Source: Candidatus Spongiisociaceae bacterium
Lineage (GTDB): Bacteria; Actinomycetota; Acidimicrobiia; Spongiisociales; Spongiisociaceae
Reading direction: 5' to 3'
DNA length: 64,000 nucleotides
Assembly: GCA_965202665.1 (NCBI GenBank)
Contig: OZ241841.1
Span: forward strand, 1-64,000
Shown: piece by piece, positions 19,320 to 32,797 of the stretch
Position numbering within the stretch: position 1 is the stretch's first letter
How the letters are laid out: every line of letters begins with the position of its first letter
Notes under the pieces: generated by a model
Told to the model about the DNA's origin: nothing
Databases searched by the model: none
The model's input: the letters and a program-made list of their open reading frames with translations, nothing else
Position numbers and translations under genes: made by a program

Positions 19320-20138
19320 TCATTCCGGTTGTTTGCTTGGTTCCTTTTGGTCGTGATCGGGGGTTGTTTGAATCTTCTGTTCGGATCCGCCCAGTCCGTA
19401 CGTGGTCCGGTCGGCGGCGCCGCGCACCTCCGCCCCCAGTTCGGCGAGCCGTTCCAGCGTGATGCGGTGGGCCGGGCCGGACAGTCCCAGCGAGGCGATG
19501 GCGGACCCGTGGATGTCGAACACCGGGGCGGCCAAGCACCGAATTCCTACGTTGAGTTCCTCGTCGTCGACCGCGTAGCCCCGGCGTCCGGTTTCCTCCA
19601 AGTCGGCCAGCAAAGCCTCCACCGTCTGATGGGTGCGGTAGGTGTGGCGCTCCAGAGGCAGGGTCAGCAACGGCTCCACCTCGTCCCGGGAGCATCCCGC
19701 GTAGAGGGCCTTGCCGGTGGAGGTGCAGTGGATGGGCACCGGGGAGCCCAGTTCGGTTTCCACGCTCAAACGGCTGAAAGGCCTCTCTTGGGCGATGTAC
19801 ACCCCGCCCCGGGGGGTGCGCCGGGCCAAGTGGATGGTCTCCCCGGTGGACTCGCACAGCTCCCGCATGACGGGGCGGGCGATCTCCACCAGGTCCAGGC
19901 TGCGCAGCATGCTCCCCGCCAAGCTCACAATCTGAACCGTGGCCTTGTAACGCTTGGAGGCTTCCTCCTGCTCCACGTAGCCGGCCTCCCGCAACACGGA
20001 AAGCAACCGGTGCAGGTTGCCTTTGTCGGCGTCTATTTCCTTGGCCAGTTCGGTGACGCCCAGCCCGGCCGGGCTGGCGCACAGGGTTTCCAGTACCAGC
20101 AGTCCGGTCTGCAACAGGCCCGAAGTTGATCGACTCAT
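19320..20138 (-). CDS. IclR family transcriptional regulator
   Basis: N-terminal HTH, TGETIHL, HCTSTGKAL, GYAVDDEE. Start reassigned to the ATG 6 nt after the -10 box. Confidence 0.92.
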   Translation of the reverse strand: MSRSTSGLLQTGLLVLETLCASPAGLGVTELAKEIDADKGNLHRLLSVLREAGYVEQEEASKRYKATVQIVSLAGSMLRSLDLVEIARPVMRELCESTGETIHLARRTPRGGVYIAQERPFSRLSVETELGSPVPIHCTSTGKALYAGCSRDEVEPLLTLPLERHTYRTHQTVEALLADLEETGRRGYAVDDEELNVGIRCLAAPVFDIHGSAIASLGLSGPAHRITLERLAELGAEVRGAADRTTYGLGGSEQKIQTTPDHDQKEPSKQPE

Positions 20139-20144
20139 GCCCCC

Positions 20145-20173
20145 ACTATACAACCCTGTTGTAAATATGTCAA
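20145..20173 (-). promoter_or_regulatory. Promoter TTGACA-N17-TATAGT with palindromic operator TACAAC-N3-GTTGTA
   Basis: Read directly; operator at 20149-20163; leaderless ATG follows. Confidence 0.8.
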
Positions 20174-21891
20174 CTCGGTTGTTGAGCTAAGAAGTCCAAG
20201 TCGGCCCCCAGGTCAGCACCCAGCGCCGAGCGGGCGTACAAACGGCGCCAACCGCGTTGTGGGAGCGGGTAGCGGGAAGGGTCCCAAATCCCCCGGCGGC
20301 GGGCCAGTTCCGCCTCGTCCACCAGCAGTTCCAAACGGCCCTCCGGGACGTCCAACTCGATCATGTCGCCGTCCTCCACCAAGGCCAGGGGGCCGCCCGC
20401 GGCCGCTTCCGGAGCGGCGTGCAGGACGACCGTTCCGTAGGCGGTGCCGCTCATCCGCCCGTCGGTGACCCGCACCATGTCGGTCACCCCCCGCGCCGCC
20501 AGGAGGCGGGGAATGGGAACCGAACCGGCCTCGGGCATGCCCGCGCCCCGCGGCCCGATCCCCCGCAACACGATGACATGCGATTCGGTCAGGGCCTCCC
20601 CCATGGCGTCCAGCCGGGCCGCGGCCCCCTCCTCCCCGTCCACCACTACCGCCGGGCCCGCGTGGCGGAGCAGATGCGGGGAGGCGGCCGCCCGCTTCAG
20701 CACCGCCCCGTCCGGGGCCAGCGACCCCCGGAGCACCGTCAAAGTTTCCGTCCCCCCCACCGGTTGCGACAGCGGCGCGATCGTCGTCTGCCATTCCTGC
20801 GGGCCCGGCGTCCGCTCCAAAATCCGCCCCACCGTCTCCCCGGCGACGGTCATCGCCGACGTATCCAACTTTTCCTCCAGGGACTTCATCAGCGTGGGAA
20901 CCCCGCCCGCGGCGTGAAAATCCTCCATATAGCCCCGCCCGGCCGGTTTGCAGTCCACCAGCAGCGGGACCTCCCCGGAGATGCGGCGCAGGTCGTCCAA
21001 GCCGAAGGCGAACCCGGCGCGGCGGGCGGCCGCGATCAGGTGGATGACGGCGTTGGTGGAACCGCCCGCCGCGCACAGCACCAGGGCCGCGTTGCGGAAC
21101 GACTCCTCGGAGAGAACCTGCGAGGGGCGGCGTCCGGCGCGGGCCGCCTCCACCGCCGCCCGCCCCGCGGCGACCGCCGCCCGCAGCCGGTCCCCGGTGC
21201 CGGAGGGAGGGGAGGCGGAGCCGGGGAGGGCCATTCCCAGGGCCTCCAGCAGGCAGGCCATGGTGGAGGCGGTGCCCATCACCATGCACGTTCCCCCGTC
21301 CGGGCACAGCCGGGAACGGATTTCCCCCAGTTCGTCGTCGGACAGCTCCCCGGCCCGATGGCGGCCCCACGACTCCCGGCAGTCGGTGCACGCCCCCAGC
21401 CGCCTCCCCCGCCAGCGGCCGGTGGTCATCGGCCCCGCCACCAGGGAAACCGCCGGCACGTCGGCGCTGATCGCCCCCAGCAGATGGCCGGGGACGGTTT
21501 TGTCGCACCCTCCGGCCAGGATCACGCCGTCCATCGGCTGGCAGGAGATCAGCTCCTCGGTTTCCATGGCCAGCAAGTTGCGCAGCAGCATGGAGGTGGG
21601 GGAGGTGAAAATTTCCCCGATGGCCAGGGAGGGGAACACCATGGGCAGGCCGCCCGCCTCCAGCACCCCCCGGGAGGCGGCGTCCACGATGGCGGGCATG
21701 TGCCGGTGGCAGGTCACGAAGTCGGAGGCGGTGGAGGCGATTCCCACCACCGGCCGGTCGGCGTCCGCATCGTCGTAGCCGGCCGAGGCCAGAAAGGCCC
21801 GGCGGAGAAACCGGCTGAAGCCGGGATCCCCGTAGGAGGTCAGGTTGCGGTCGAAACCGGCGGGGGCCTCGGGCGTCAATGACCGTCCCAT
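20170..21891 (-). CDS. IlvD/Edd-family dehydratase (sugar-acid dehydratase type)
   Basis: GGCDKTVPG, GTCMVMGTASTM, GGSTNA, TDGRMSGT. Confidence 0.9.
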   Translation of the reverse strand: MGRSLTPEAPAGFDRNLTSYGDPGFSRFLRRAFLASAGYDDADADRPVVGIASTASDFVTCHRHMPAIVDAASRGVLEAGGLPMVFPSLAIGEIFTSPTSMLLRNLLAMETEELISCQPMDGVILAGGCDKTVPGHLLGAISADVPAVSLVAGPMTTGRWRGRRLGACTDCRESWGRHRAGELSDDELGEIRSRLCPDGGTCMVMGTASTMACLLEALGMALPGSASPPSGTGDRLRAAVAAGRAAVEAARAGRRPSQVLSEESFRNAALVLCAAGGSTNAVIHLIAAARRAGFAFGLDDLRRISGEVPLLVDCKPAGRGYMEDFHAAGGVPTLMKSLEEKLDTSAMTVAGETVGRILERTPGPQEWQTTIAPLSQPVGGTETLTVLRGSLAPDGAVLKRAAASPHLLRHAGPAVVVDGEEGAAARLDAMGEALTESHVIVLRGIGPRGAGMPEAGSVPIPRLLAARGVTDMVRVTDGRMSGTAYGTVVLHAAPEAAAGGPLALVEDGDMIELDVPEGRLELLVDEAELARRRGIWDPSRYPLPQRGWRRLYARSALGADLGADLDFLAQQPS

Positions 21892-21894
21892 GTT

Positions 21895-23370
21895 TCAGAG
21901 GGGCGGCAGGGCCATGTTGATGTGCTTGGAAACGGTGTATGCGTCCAAGCCCTCGGCGCCGCCTTCCCGTCCGAATCCGGACATTTTCACGCCCCCGAAC
22001 GGAGCTTCGGCGGTTGCCACCGCCAGGTTGTTGACCCCCACCATCCCCGTCTCCAAAGCTTCGGCGGCTCGCCAGGCGGTGGACAAGTCGCGGGTGAAAA
22101 CATAGGCGGCGAGCCCGTACCGGTTGTTGTTGGCCCGGGTTACCGCCTCCTCCAAAGTGTTGAAGGAAGTGATGGGGGCGATGGGGCCGAAGGGCTCTTC
22201 GCTCATCACGGCCATGTCCTCCTCTACATCGGACAGGACGGTGGGGGCGAAGAAAAACCCCCGCGGGCGGTCGGCCAGGCGGGCGCCGCCGGACAGGAGG
22301 CGGGCCCCCCGTTGCACGGCGTCGGCCACCAAGGCTTCGGTGGCCTCCACCCGCCGCAGGTTGGACAGGGGCCCCATGTCCACCCCCGGTTGGCGCCCGT
22401 CCCCCACCCGCAACCGGTTGGCCGCTTCCGTGAAATGTTCGGCGAAGGGGGCGGCGAGCGACTCGTGCACGAAGAAGCGGCTGGCGGCCACGCATACCTG
22501 ACCGGCGTTGCGGAACTTGCCGGCCGCCGCCTGCCGGGCCGCCAGTTCGACTTCGGCGTCGTCGAAGATCAGCACCGGGGAATGGCCGCCCAGTTCCAGC
22601 GAGACGGGCTTGGGATGTTCCGCGCACAAAGCCATCAGCAACCGCCCCACCCGCACCGAGCCGGTCAGCGTCGCCTTGCGGATGACCGGGGAGCGGATCA
22701 GGCGCCGGCTGATCATCTCCGGGTCGCCGGTCACCACGTTCACCGCCCCCGGCGGAACTCCGGCGTCCCGGCAGGCTTGGGCGATGAGAAATGCGGAACG
22801 GGGTGCCTCCTCGGCCGGCTTCAGCACCACCGAGCAACCGGCGGCCAGGGCGGGGGCCAGTTTGCGGGCCGGGAGCAGGCTCGGAAAGTTCCAGGGGGTG
22901 AACGCGGCCACCGGGCCGATCGGCTCCCGGCGGATGATCATCCGCTTCTCCGGCTGCTGGCCGTCGATTAACCGGCCGTAGATGCGGCGGGCCTCGTCGG
23001 CGTACCAGTCGAACTGGTCGGCGGCCGCCCCCACCTCCCCCCGGGACTGGTCCAAAGGTTTGCCCTGCTCGTCGGTGAGAACGGCGGCCAGCCACTCGGC
23101 GCGCTCCCGGATCAGGTCGGCGCACCGGCGCAGAACGCGGCTGCGGGTCCACGGGTCCGCCGCGCGCCACGCTTCGAACCCTCGTTGGGCGGCGGCGAGG
23201 GCGTCGTCCAGGTCGGAGGGGGCGGCCACCGGTATGCGGTCTATTTCCCGTTCGGTGGCCGGGTCGATCACCGGCCTCTCCGACCCATCCGCCGCCGGGC
23301 GCCACTCCCCGTCGATGAACAGCCGGTTCGGCGTCCGCGTCGTGTCTTCCGTTGCGCTGGCCGCTTTCAT
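21895..23370 (-). CDS. NAD(P)-dependent aldehyde dehydrogenase (SSADH/KGSA dehydrogenase-like)
   Basis: TPWNFP, LTGS, LELGG, NAGQVC, EEPFGP. Confidence 0.92.
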   Translation of the reverse strand: MKAASATEDTTRTPNRLFIDGEWRPAADGSERPVIDPATEREIDRIPVAAPSDLDDALAAAQRGFEAWRAADPWTRSRVLRRCADLIRERAEWLAAVLTDEQGKPLDQSRGEVGAAADQFDWYADEARRIYGRLIDGQQPEKRMIIRREPIGPVAAFTPWNFPSLLPARKLAPALAAGCSVVLKPAEEAPRSAFLIAQACRDAGVPPGAVNVVTGDPEMISRRLIRSPVIRKATLTGSVRVGRLLMALCAEHPKPVSLELGGHSPVLIFDDAEVELAARQAAAGKFRNAGQVCVAASRFFVHESLAAPFAEHFTEAANRLRVGDGRQPGVDMGPLSNLRRVEATEALVADAVQRGARLLSGGARLADRPRGFFFAPTVLSDVEEDMAVMSEEPFGPIAPITSFNTLEEAVTRANNNRYGLAAYVFTRDLSTAWRAAEALETGMVGVNNLAVATAEAPFGGVKMSGFGREGGAEGLDAYTVSKHINMALPPL

Positions 23371-23425
23371 TTTTCCTCGCTTCCGATAGCCGTCTTCGTT
23401 TGGTTTGCGGCGCCGTTCGGTCCGC

Positions 23426-25324
23426 CTACAAGCCGATCCGGTGCCGGAGGGCCTGGGTTTCGGCCGCGTGCGGCCCCACGTTCCACAGCCCGTATTCCCC
23501 CAGCCAGCCCAGCGGGTCGGGGCCGTAATAAACCGGCAGGTGGATTAAGGACAGGCCGGGATGGGCGTAGGCCCCGTCCAGGCTTTCCAGCAGCCGGCCG
23601 GGAGAGTATCCGCCGTGGAAGGCGGCCACGCCCGCCACCGACTCCGCCCACTGTACGTAATCCACCTCCACTCCGTCCCCGGTGGCGAATTCGCGGCCGT
23701 ACTGGCGCTGTTGCAGGCCGGAGATGGCCCCCATCCGCCGGTTGTCCAGCACCGCTATCACCCCCCGCGCCCCGGCCGCCGCCCCGTCTATCAGAATCTG
23801 CGGGTTCATGGTGAACGACCCGTCCCCGACCACCGCCACCCCGTAGAAAGGCTCCTCGGACAGGGCGGTGGACAGCAGGGCCGAGGTGGCGAACCCCATG
23901 TAGGAGGCCCCGGAGTCGGTGATGGTGCGGCCCGGCCGGTCGTCCTCCGCCACCTGCAGGCCGTTGGCTTGGACGTCGCCCGCGTCGAAGAAGACCACCG
24001 CCTCCCGGGCCCGTGCCCAGTCGGTGATCAATTTCACCGCCGCCGGCTGGGTCAGCGCCTCCCGTCCCCACATCGGGTCGCGCAAGACGGGGTGGTCGTA
24101 GCGGAGCCGTTTGTGCTCCTCCCATTTCCGCCGTTGCTCCCGGCAGGCGGCCAGCCAAGGGGAAGGATTCGTTTCCGGAACGGGCGGGACTTCCCGACGC
24201 AGATGCTCCATCAAAACCCCCAAGGTGGCCCCCGCCTCCCCCACCAGGGCGATGGTGTCCGAATAGTGGGCGGCGGCGTCGGGGTCGGCGTTGATGTTGA
24301 CCACCTGTTGGACGTTCGGGTAACCGGTGCGGGAGCAGTCCGACTGGCACACCGCGCGGGCGCCGATCGCCACCAGGGCGTCCGCCTCCCGCATGGCGTA
24401 GTTGCCGCAGATGGAGCCTTTGGATCCGCCCAGCGTCATGTTCCGCCGGTTTTCATAGGGAAGCACGCCGGAGGCGGCCGGGGAAACCACCGCCACCCCG
24501 TCGGCCAGTTCCAGAAATTCGGGCAACCGGTCCCGGGCGCTCAGGGAGCCGCCGCCCAGACGCACCGCCGTTTTGCGGGAGCGGGCCAGAACCTGCGCCG
24601 CTCTTCGGTATGCCCCGCCGTCGGCGGCGGGGCCCAGCGGGGGCGGGGCGCCCCGGGGCAACTCCCGCAGGTTGAAGTCGGCGATGACGGCGGGCTGGGT
24701 GTTGATGGGCAGCAACAGGAAGAAGGGGCCCGCCCGATGCGGGTGTTCCACCGTGTTCAAACCGCGGCGCAGGGCGGCGGGGAGGGCGGCCGGGGTGTGC
24801 AGGGAGTAGGCCCGCCCCATCACCGACAGCAGTTTCAGGTACAGCCCCTGCTCCGGTTTGGGGATCTGCTGCATGTTGGGGCCTTCGTCCTCGGTGGTTT
24901 CATCCCCGTAGATATGCCATACGCCGATCCCGTCGCTGGCAGAAGTGAGCGATCCGGCCATGGCGTGCATCGCCCCCGGGCCGATGGAGGTGACCACCGC
25001 CGCTTTCTGGCCGGTCGCCCAGCGCAGGGCGGTGGCGGCGTGGGCGGCTTCCGTCTCGTGCCGGACCCCCCGGACCCGGATCAGCCCGGCCTCCTCGTAG
25101 GTTCGCAAAACATCGGCTAAGTCGGTGGAGCCGTGCCCGAAGACGGCCAGGTAGGTGCGCACCCCCTGCAACAGCAAGCCCAGCGCCACGCCTTCGGAGA
25201 CGGTGATGTCCAAGCGCCGGGGGATAACGCCGGCTTCGATGGCCTCCTCCAGCCCTCCGCAGGCGGCGATGGAACGCGCCCGGCTCAGGCGAGCGTTTTG
25301 GAGGGGGCTCTGGGAACCTGTCAC
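23426..25324 (-). CDS. Thiamine-diphosphate-dependent enzyme, IolD-like
   Basis: VFGHG, TSIGPG, DAGDVQAN, GASYMGF, GDGSF...DN TPP motif. GTG start 7 nt after the -10 box. Confidence 0.8.
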   Translation of the reverse strand: MTGSQSPLQNARLSRARSIAACGGLEEAIEAGVIPRRLDITVSEGVALGLLLQGVRTYLAVFGHGSTDLADVLRTYEEAGLIRVRGVRHETEAAHAATALRWATGQKAAVVTSIGPGAMHAMAGSLTSASDGIGVWHIYGDETTEDEGPNMQQIPKPEQGLYLKLLSVMGRAYSLHTPAALPAALRRGLNTVEHPHRAGPFFLLLPINTQPAVIADFNLRELPRGAPPPLGPAADGGAYRRAAQVLARSRKTAVRLGGGSLSARDRLPEFLELADGVAVVSPAASGVLPYENRRNMTLGGSKGSICGNYAMREADALVAIGARAVCQSDCSRTGYPNVQQVVNINADPDAAAHYSDTIALVGEAGATLGVLMEHLRREVPPVPETNPSPWLAACREQRRKWEEHKRLRYDHPVLRDPMWGREALTQPAAVKLITDWARAREAVVFFDAGDVQANGLQVAEDDRPGRTITDSGASYMGFATSALLSTALSEEPFYGVAVVGDGSFTMNPQILIDGAAAGARGVIAVLDNRRMGAISGLQQRQYGREFATGDGVEVDYVQWAESVAGVAAFHGGYSPGRLLESLDGAYAHPGLSLIHLPVYYGPDPLGWLGEYGLWNVGPHAAETQALRHRIGL

Positions 25325-25331
25325 GGGAACT

Positions 25332-25360
25332 AGATTACAACCAAGTTGTGAAATAAGCAA
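25332..25360 (-). promoter_or_regulatory. Promoter TTGCTT-N17-TAATCT with operator TACAAC-N3-GTTGTG
   Basis: Same palindrome and same position in the spacer as in the iclR promoter (25336-25350). Confidence 0.75.
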
Positions 25361-25382
25361 TATAAAGGGCGCAAAGGCGCTT

Positions 25383-26366
25383 TCAATCCCGCTCCGCCTG
25401 TTTTATTTCTTCGGCTAGTTCCTCCAAACCCGGCAGGTCCGGCTGTCGTTCCCGAATGGCCGACGCCAGGCGGAGGGCGGTTTCGCCGTCGCCCAGGGCG
25501 GCCGCCGCCCGGGCTGCCACGTACCAGCGGCGCAACAGATGCGGGGGCGGATCGGGTTGCAGTTGAACGGGCCCGGTCGCCGACCAGGCTTCCCGGGGGC
25601 GGCCTTCGTCCAACAGGAAAGATCCGTACACCACCCGGGCCTCGGAGTCGGTAGAGGGGGGTCCGCCCGCTTCCCGAATCCGAAGCCAGGTTTTTTCCAC
25701 CCCTTCCCGGTCGCCCTGGGCGCGCAAAGCGTCCATTTCGGCGGGCATGTAGATGACATCGCCGGTCATTCTCCGATATGCCCGCAACTCCGCCACCGCC
25801 TCCCGCCAGTTTCCGGTGTGATAGGCGGCCAGTCCCAGCAACTCGCGCACGCAGGAGGCCCGGCTGCTGGCCGATTTGGCTTTGCGCAACTCCCGGCGGG
25901 CGGTTTCGTATTCTTCATCGGCGAACGCCTCCACCGCCCGGGTCACGGCGGCGGTAGCCGCGTTGAGCCGTTCCTTGCCGGTGACCCGGCGCAGTTCGTC
26001 CCGCATCCACTTGGGCAACTCGGCGTCCCCCGAACCGGGCGTGACCCGGGCCGCCCGCCGCGGCGCCCCTCCCCGATGGCCATCCCCACTGCGAGGTTTT
26101 CCCCTCCGTCCCCTGGTATCGCCGCCCCGCCTCGGGGAACCTACCCTCTTCCGTTGGCCCCCGGACGCTCCTCCTCGCCGCCGGCCCCCCTCCCCGTTTC
26201 CGCCGCCCCGCCCCGGGGGCTTGCCTCCCCCCGGTTTTGCCCCGCCTCTGCTCCGGCCGGAACCAGCGGAACGGGAAGCGCCCGCCCGGCCGCGATTGCG
26301 CCCGCCGCCGCTGCGGGGCGGCCGGGAGGAAGACGAGGAGCGTTTGGGTTGGTTGGGTTTGGGCAT
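25383..26366 (-). CDS. TPR-containing protein with Arg/Gly-rich disordered N-terminus
   Basis: RELLGLAAYHTGNWREAVAELRAYRRMTG; similar genes commonly follow actinobacterial rrn operons. Confidence 0.75.
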   Translation of the reverse strand: MPKPNQPKRSSSSSRPPRSGGGRNRGRAGASRSAGSGRSRGGAKPGGGKPPGRGGGNGEGGRRRGGASGGQRKRVGSPRRGGDTRGRRGKPRSGDGHRGGAPRRAARVTPGSGDAELPKWMRDELRRVTGKERLNAATAAVTRAVEAFADEEYETARRELRKAKSASSRASCVRELLGLAAYHTGNWREAVAELRAYRRMTGDVIYMPAEMDALRAQGDREGVEKTWLRIREAGGPPSTDSEARVVYGSFLLDEGRPREAWSATGPVQLQPDPPPHLLRRWYVAARAAAALGDGETALRLASAIRERQPDLPGLEELAEEIKQAERD

Positions 26367-26407
26367 GCGGCTGTCTCCGGATAGCGGATTTGTCCCAGAA
26401 TAATAAA

Positions 26408-26439
26408 GAGCCGCCCGTACCGGGCGGTGCGGGCGGCTC
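26408..26439 (-). terminator. Intrinsic terminator of the rRNA operon
   Basis: 14-bp stem GAGCCGCCCG..CGGGCGGCTC with one mismatch, followed by TTTATTA on the minus strand. Confidence 0.75.
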
Positions 26440-26448
26440 CAACGAGTG

Positions 26449-26568
<120 letters not shown>

Positions 26569-26631
26569 GCATCTTGAAATGTGGGAGGCTCTTTGAGCGC
26601 TCCATAGCGAGCATGAAAGCCTGAATTCATA

Positions 26632-29699
<3,068 letters not shown>

Positions 29700-30096
29700 A
29701 TAGTAAAGAATTCAAGACAAATTCATGCTCGCTATGCAGTTCTCAAAGAGCCGGGCCCCCCGGTCGTCGCCGACCCGGAAGCCCTTGAAGCAGTCTCCGC
29801 ATCCGGTTCCGTCCGTTGCCGGGCGGTCCGGGGGCGACTCCCTCACTACTAAACAGCGTGTCCGACCCGTCCGCCGCCCGCCGGGAGCGGGCCGCTCCCC
29901 GAAGATTCGGGGGGCCGCGCGCCCGGATGGCGCGGTGCGGGTCGAGTAACCGAAAGATCAACTAAGAGCGGACCGGCGGCAACCCGTCGGTTGCGCGGTC
30001 CTCCCGGAGGCGTCGCTTCCTCCGGGCTTTGGGCGATGACCGGGCCGGTTTCCCCCGGATGGGGTTCCCCGGTTCCGGCGGCCCTCTGCGCTCCTT

Positions 30097-31626
<1,530 letters not shown>

Positions 31627-31842
31627 TCAGTCTGTTCATCCCGCGCCCGGCCGCAGGCCCGGCGGGGGACTGAATCCTGTCTTGGTCTTCTCGGCTTCGT
31701 CCGCCCGCAGGGGGCGGCCGGGCCGGAAAGGTTTGATCCGGCCTGCCGGTGGGAAAACACCGGCAAGCGGGAGTACATCCCAAACCGCCCTGCCCTCCCC
31801 TGGCGGGGACGGGGGCGGCGGAATGACTTTCATTCGGCTTTT

Positions 31843-31868
31843 GACACGCTGTTTAGTTGTCAAGGAGC
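31843..31868 (-). promoter_or_regulatory. rrn leader boxA and 16S processing-stem arm
   Basis: Minus strand GCTCCTTGACAACTAAACAGCGTGTC; the complementary 15-nt arm lies in the ITS near 29848-29862. Confidence 0.65.
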
Positions 31869-31951
31869 CCCGGGAGCGGATCCCGGTTCCAAGACCCGGC
31901 GGAGGCGACGGGAGGCCTTGCGGGCTCCGGTTCCTCCACCAGGGCTAGCCA

Positions 31952-31981
31952 ACTATAGCAGGGCGCCCGCAAACATGTCAA
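31952..31981 (-). promoter_or_regulatory. rRNA operon promoter
   Basis: TTGACA-N18-TATAGT with extended -10 TGn. Confidence 0.75.
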
Positions 31982-32123
31982 ATCAATCCCCGACCCCGCC
32001 CCGGAGAAGCCCGTTTCGGCCCCTGACCAGGCATTTTAGCATCACCCAGGTGCCGGGCCGGGAGGCAGCGGCCGCCCGCCCCTGCGTTGGATGGGTGGCT
32101 TCTCTTCGCCGAAAACGACCCTC

Positions 32124-32151
32124 TTGAAAACGTCGCGGGAATTCGTATCTT
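32124..32151 (+). promoter_or_regulatory. Putative promoter of the darT-ARH operon (leaderless)
   Basis: TTGAAA-N16-TATCTT, 7 nt before ATG 32159; no SD seen. Confidence 0.5.
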
Positions 32152-32158
32152 GTACCGT

Positions 32159-32797
32159 ATGAGCAACTCATGCCCCGCCCATTCCATCGCGGACAGCCTG
32201 CGCAGGCGGCGGATCCTCTACGTCTGCCATATGACCCCCTGCCATCGCCTGCCCTCCATATTCGCCTCCGGGGGGCTGCTCTCGCTGGCCGCCCGCCGGG
32301 TGAGCGGCATCGCCGAACCGGAACAGCCGCACGACTGGGGCGGGGAAGGCAAACGGGAGGCCTTGGCCGGATACGTAGTGTGCGGTTTCGAAACCCCCAA
32401 GTGGATGTGCCGCAAACACCCCGAAGAGCTGGCCCTCGTCCTCCTAGACGCCCACGCGGTGTGCTGCGGGGAAAGCGTCCTCTTCTGCCCCGGCAACTCC
32501 GCCGACGACCGCTACCCCGCCTCCGATATCGCAAAGATGACCGGCGCAGAACATTTTGACGACTGCTTCAAAAATCGCCATGACCGAGAATCAAAGTTCG
32601 GCGAGATATTGGTTCCGGGCCAGGTTCCGGTCGACCTTTTCCGCGGCCTGCTCTTCTGCGACCGGGAGGCGATGGACTACTGGATTCCCAAAATAGAAGG
32701 CCTGTTTCCGCACCCGCCGCTTACTGCGGACGTCCGGTACCTTTGGGGATACGCGTTTCCGGTAGACTGGAGCCCCAGCGAAAGGATCCGCCCATGA
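32159..32797 (+). CDS. darT: DarT-family (DUF4433) ssDNA ADP-ribosyltransferase toxin, DarT1-like
   Basis: VCHMT..RLPSIFASGGLLS (HxT..LxSIL..GLLS), YVVCGF, LFCPGNSA, and catalytic-Glu motif GEILV..VP. Confidence 0.75.
   Translation: MSNSCPAHSIADSLRRRRILYVCHMTPCHRLPSIFASGGLLSLAARRVSGIAEPEQPHDWGGEGKREALAGYVVCGFETPKWMCRKHPEELALVLLDAHAVCCGESVLFCPGNSADDRYPASDIAKMTGAEHFDDCFKNRHDRESKFGEILVPGQVPVDLFRGLLFCDREAMDYWIPKIEGLFPHPPLTADVRYLWGYAFPVDWSPSERIRP

Noticed and set aside
20213-23305. 1030-aa minus-strand ORF
   Set aside because: Alternative frame over the dehydratase and ALDH genes; Arg/Gly/Pro-rich high-GC artefact.
29700-30096. Possible tRNA-Ile/Ala in the 16S-23S spacer
   Set aside because: No cloverleaf or T-loop consensus seen; only boxA, processing stems and GC hairpins.
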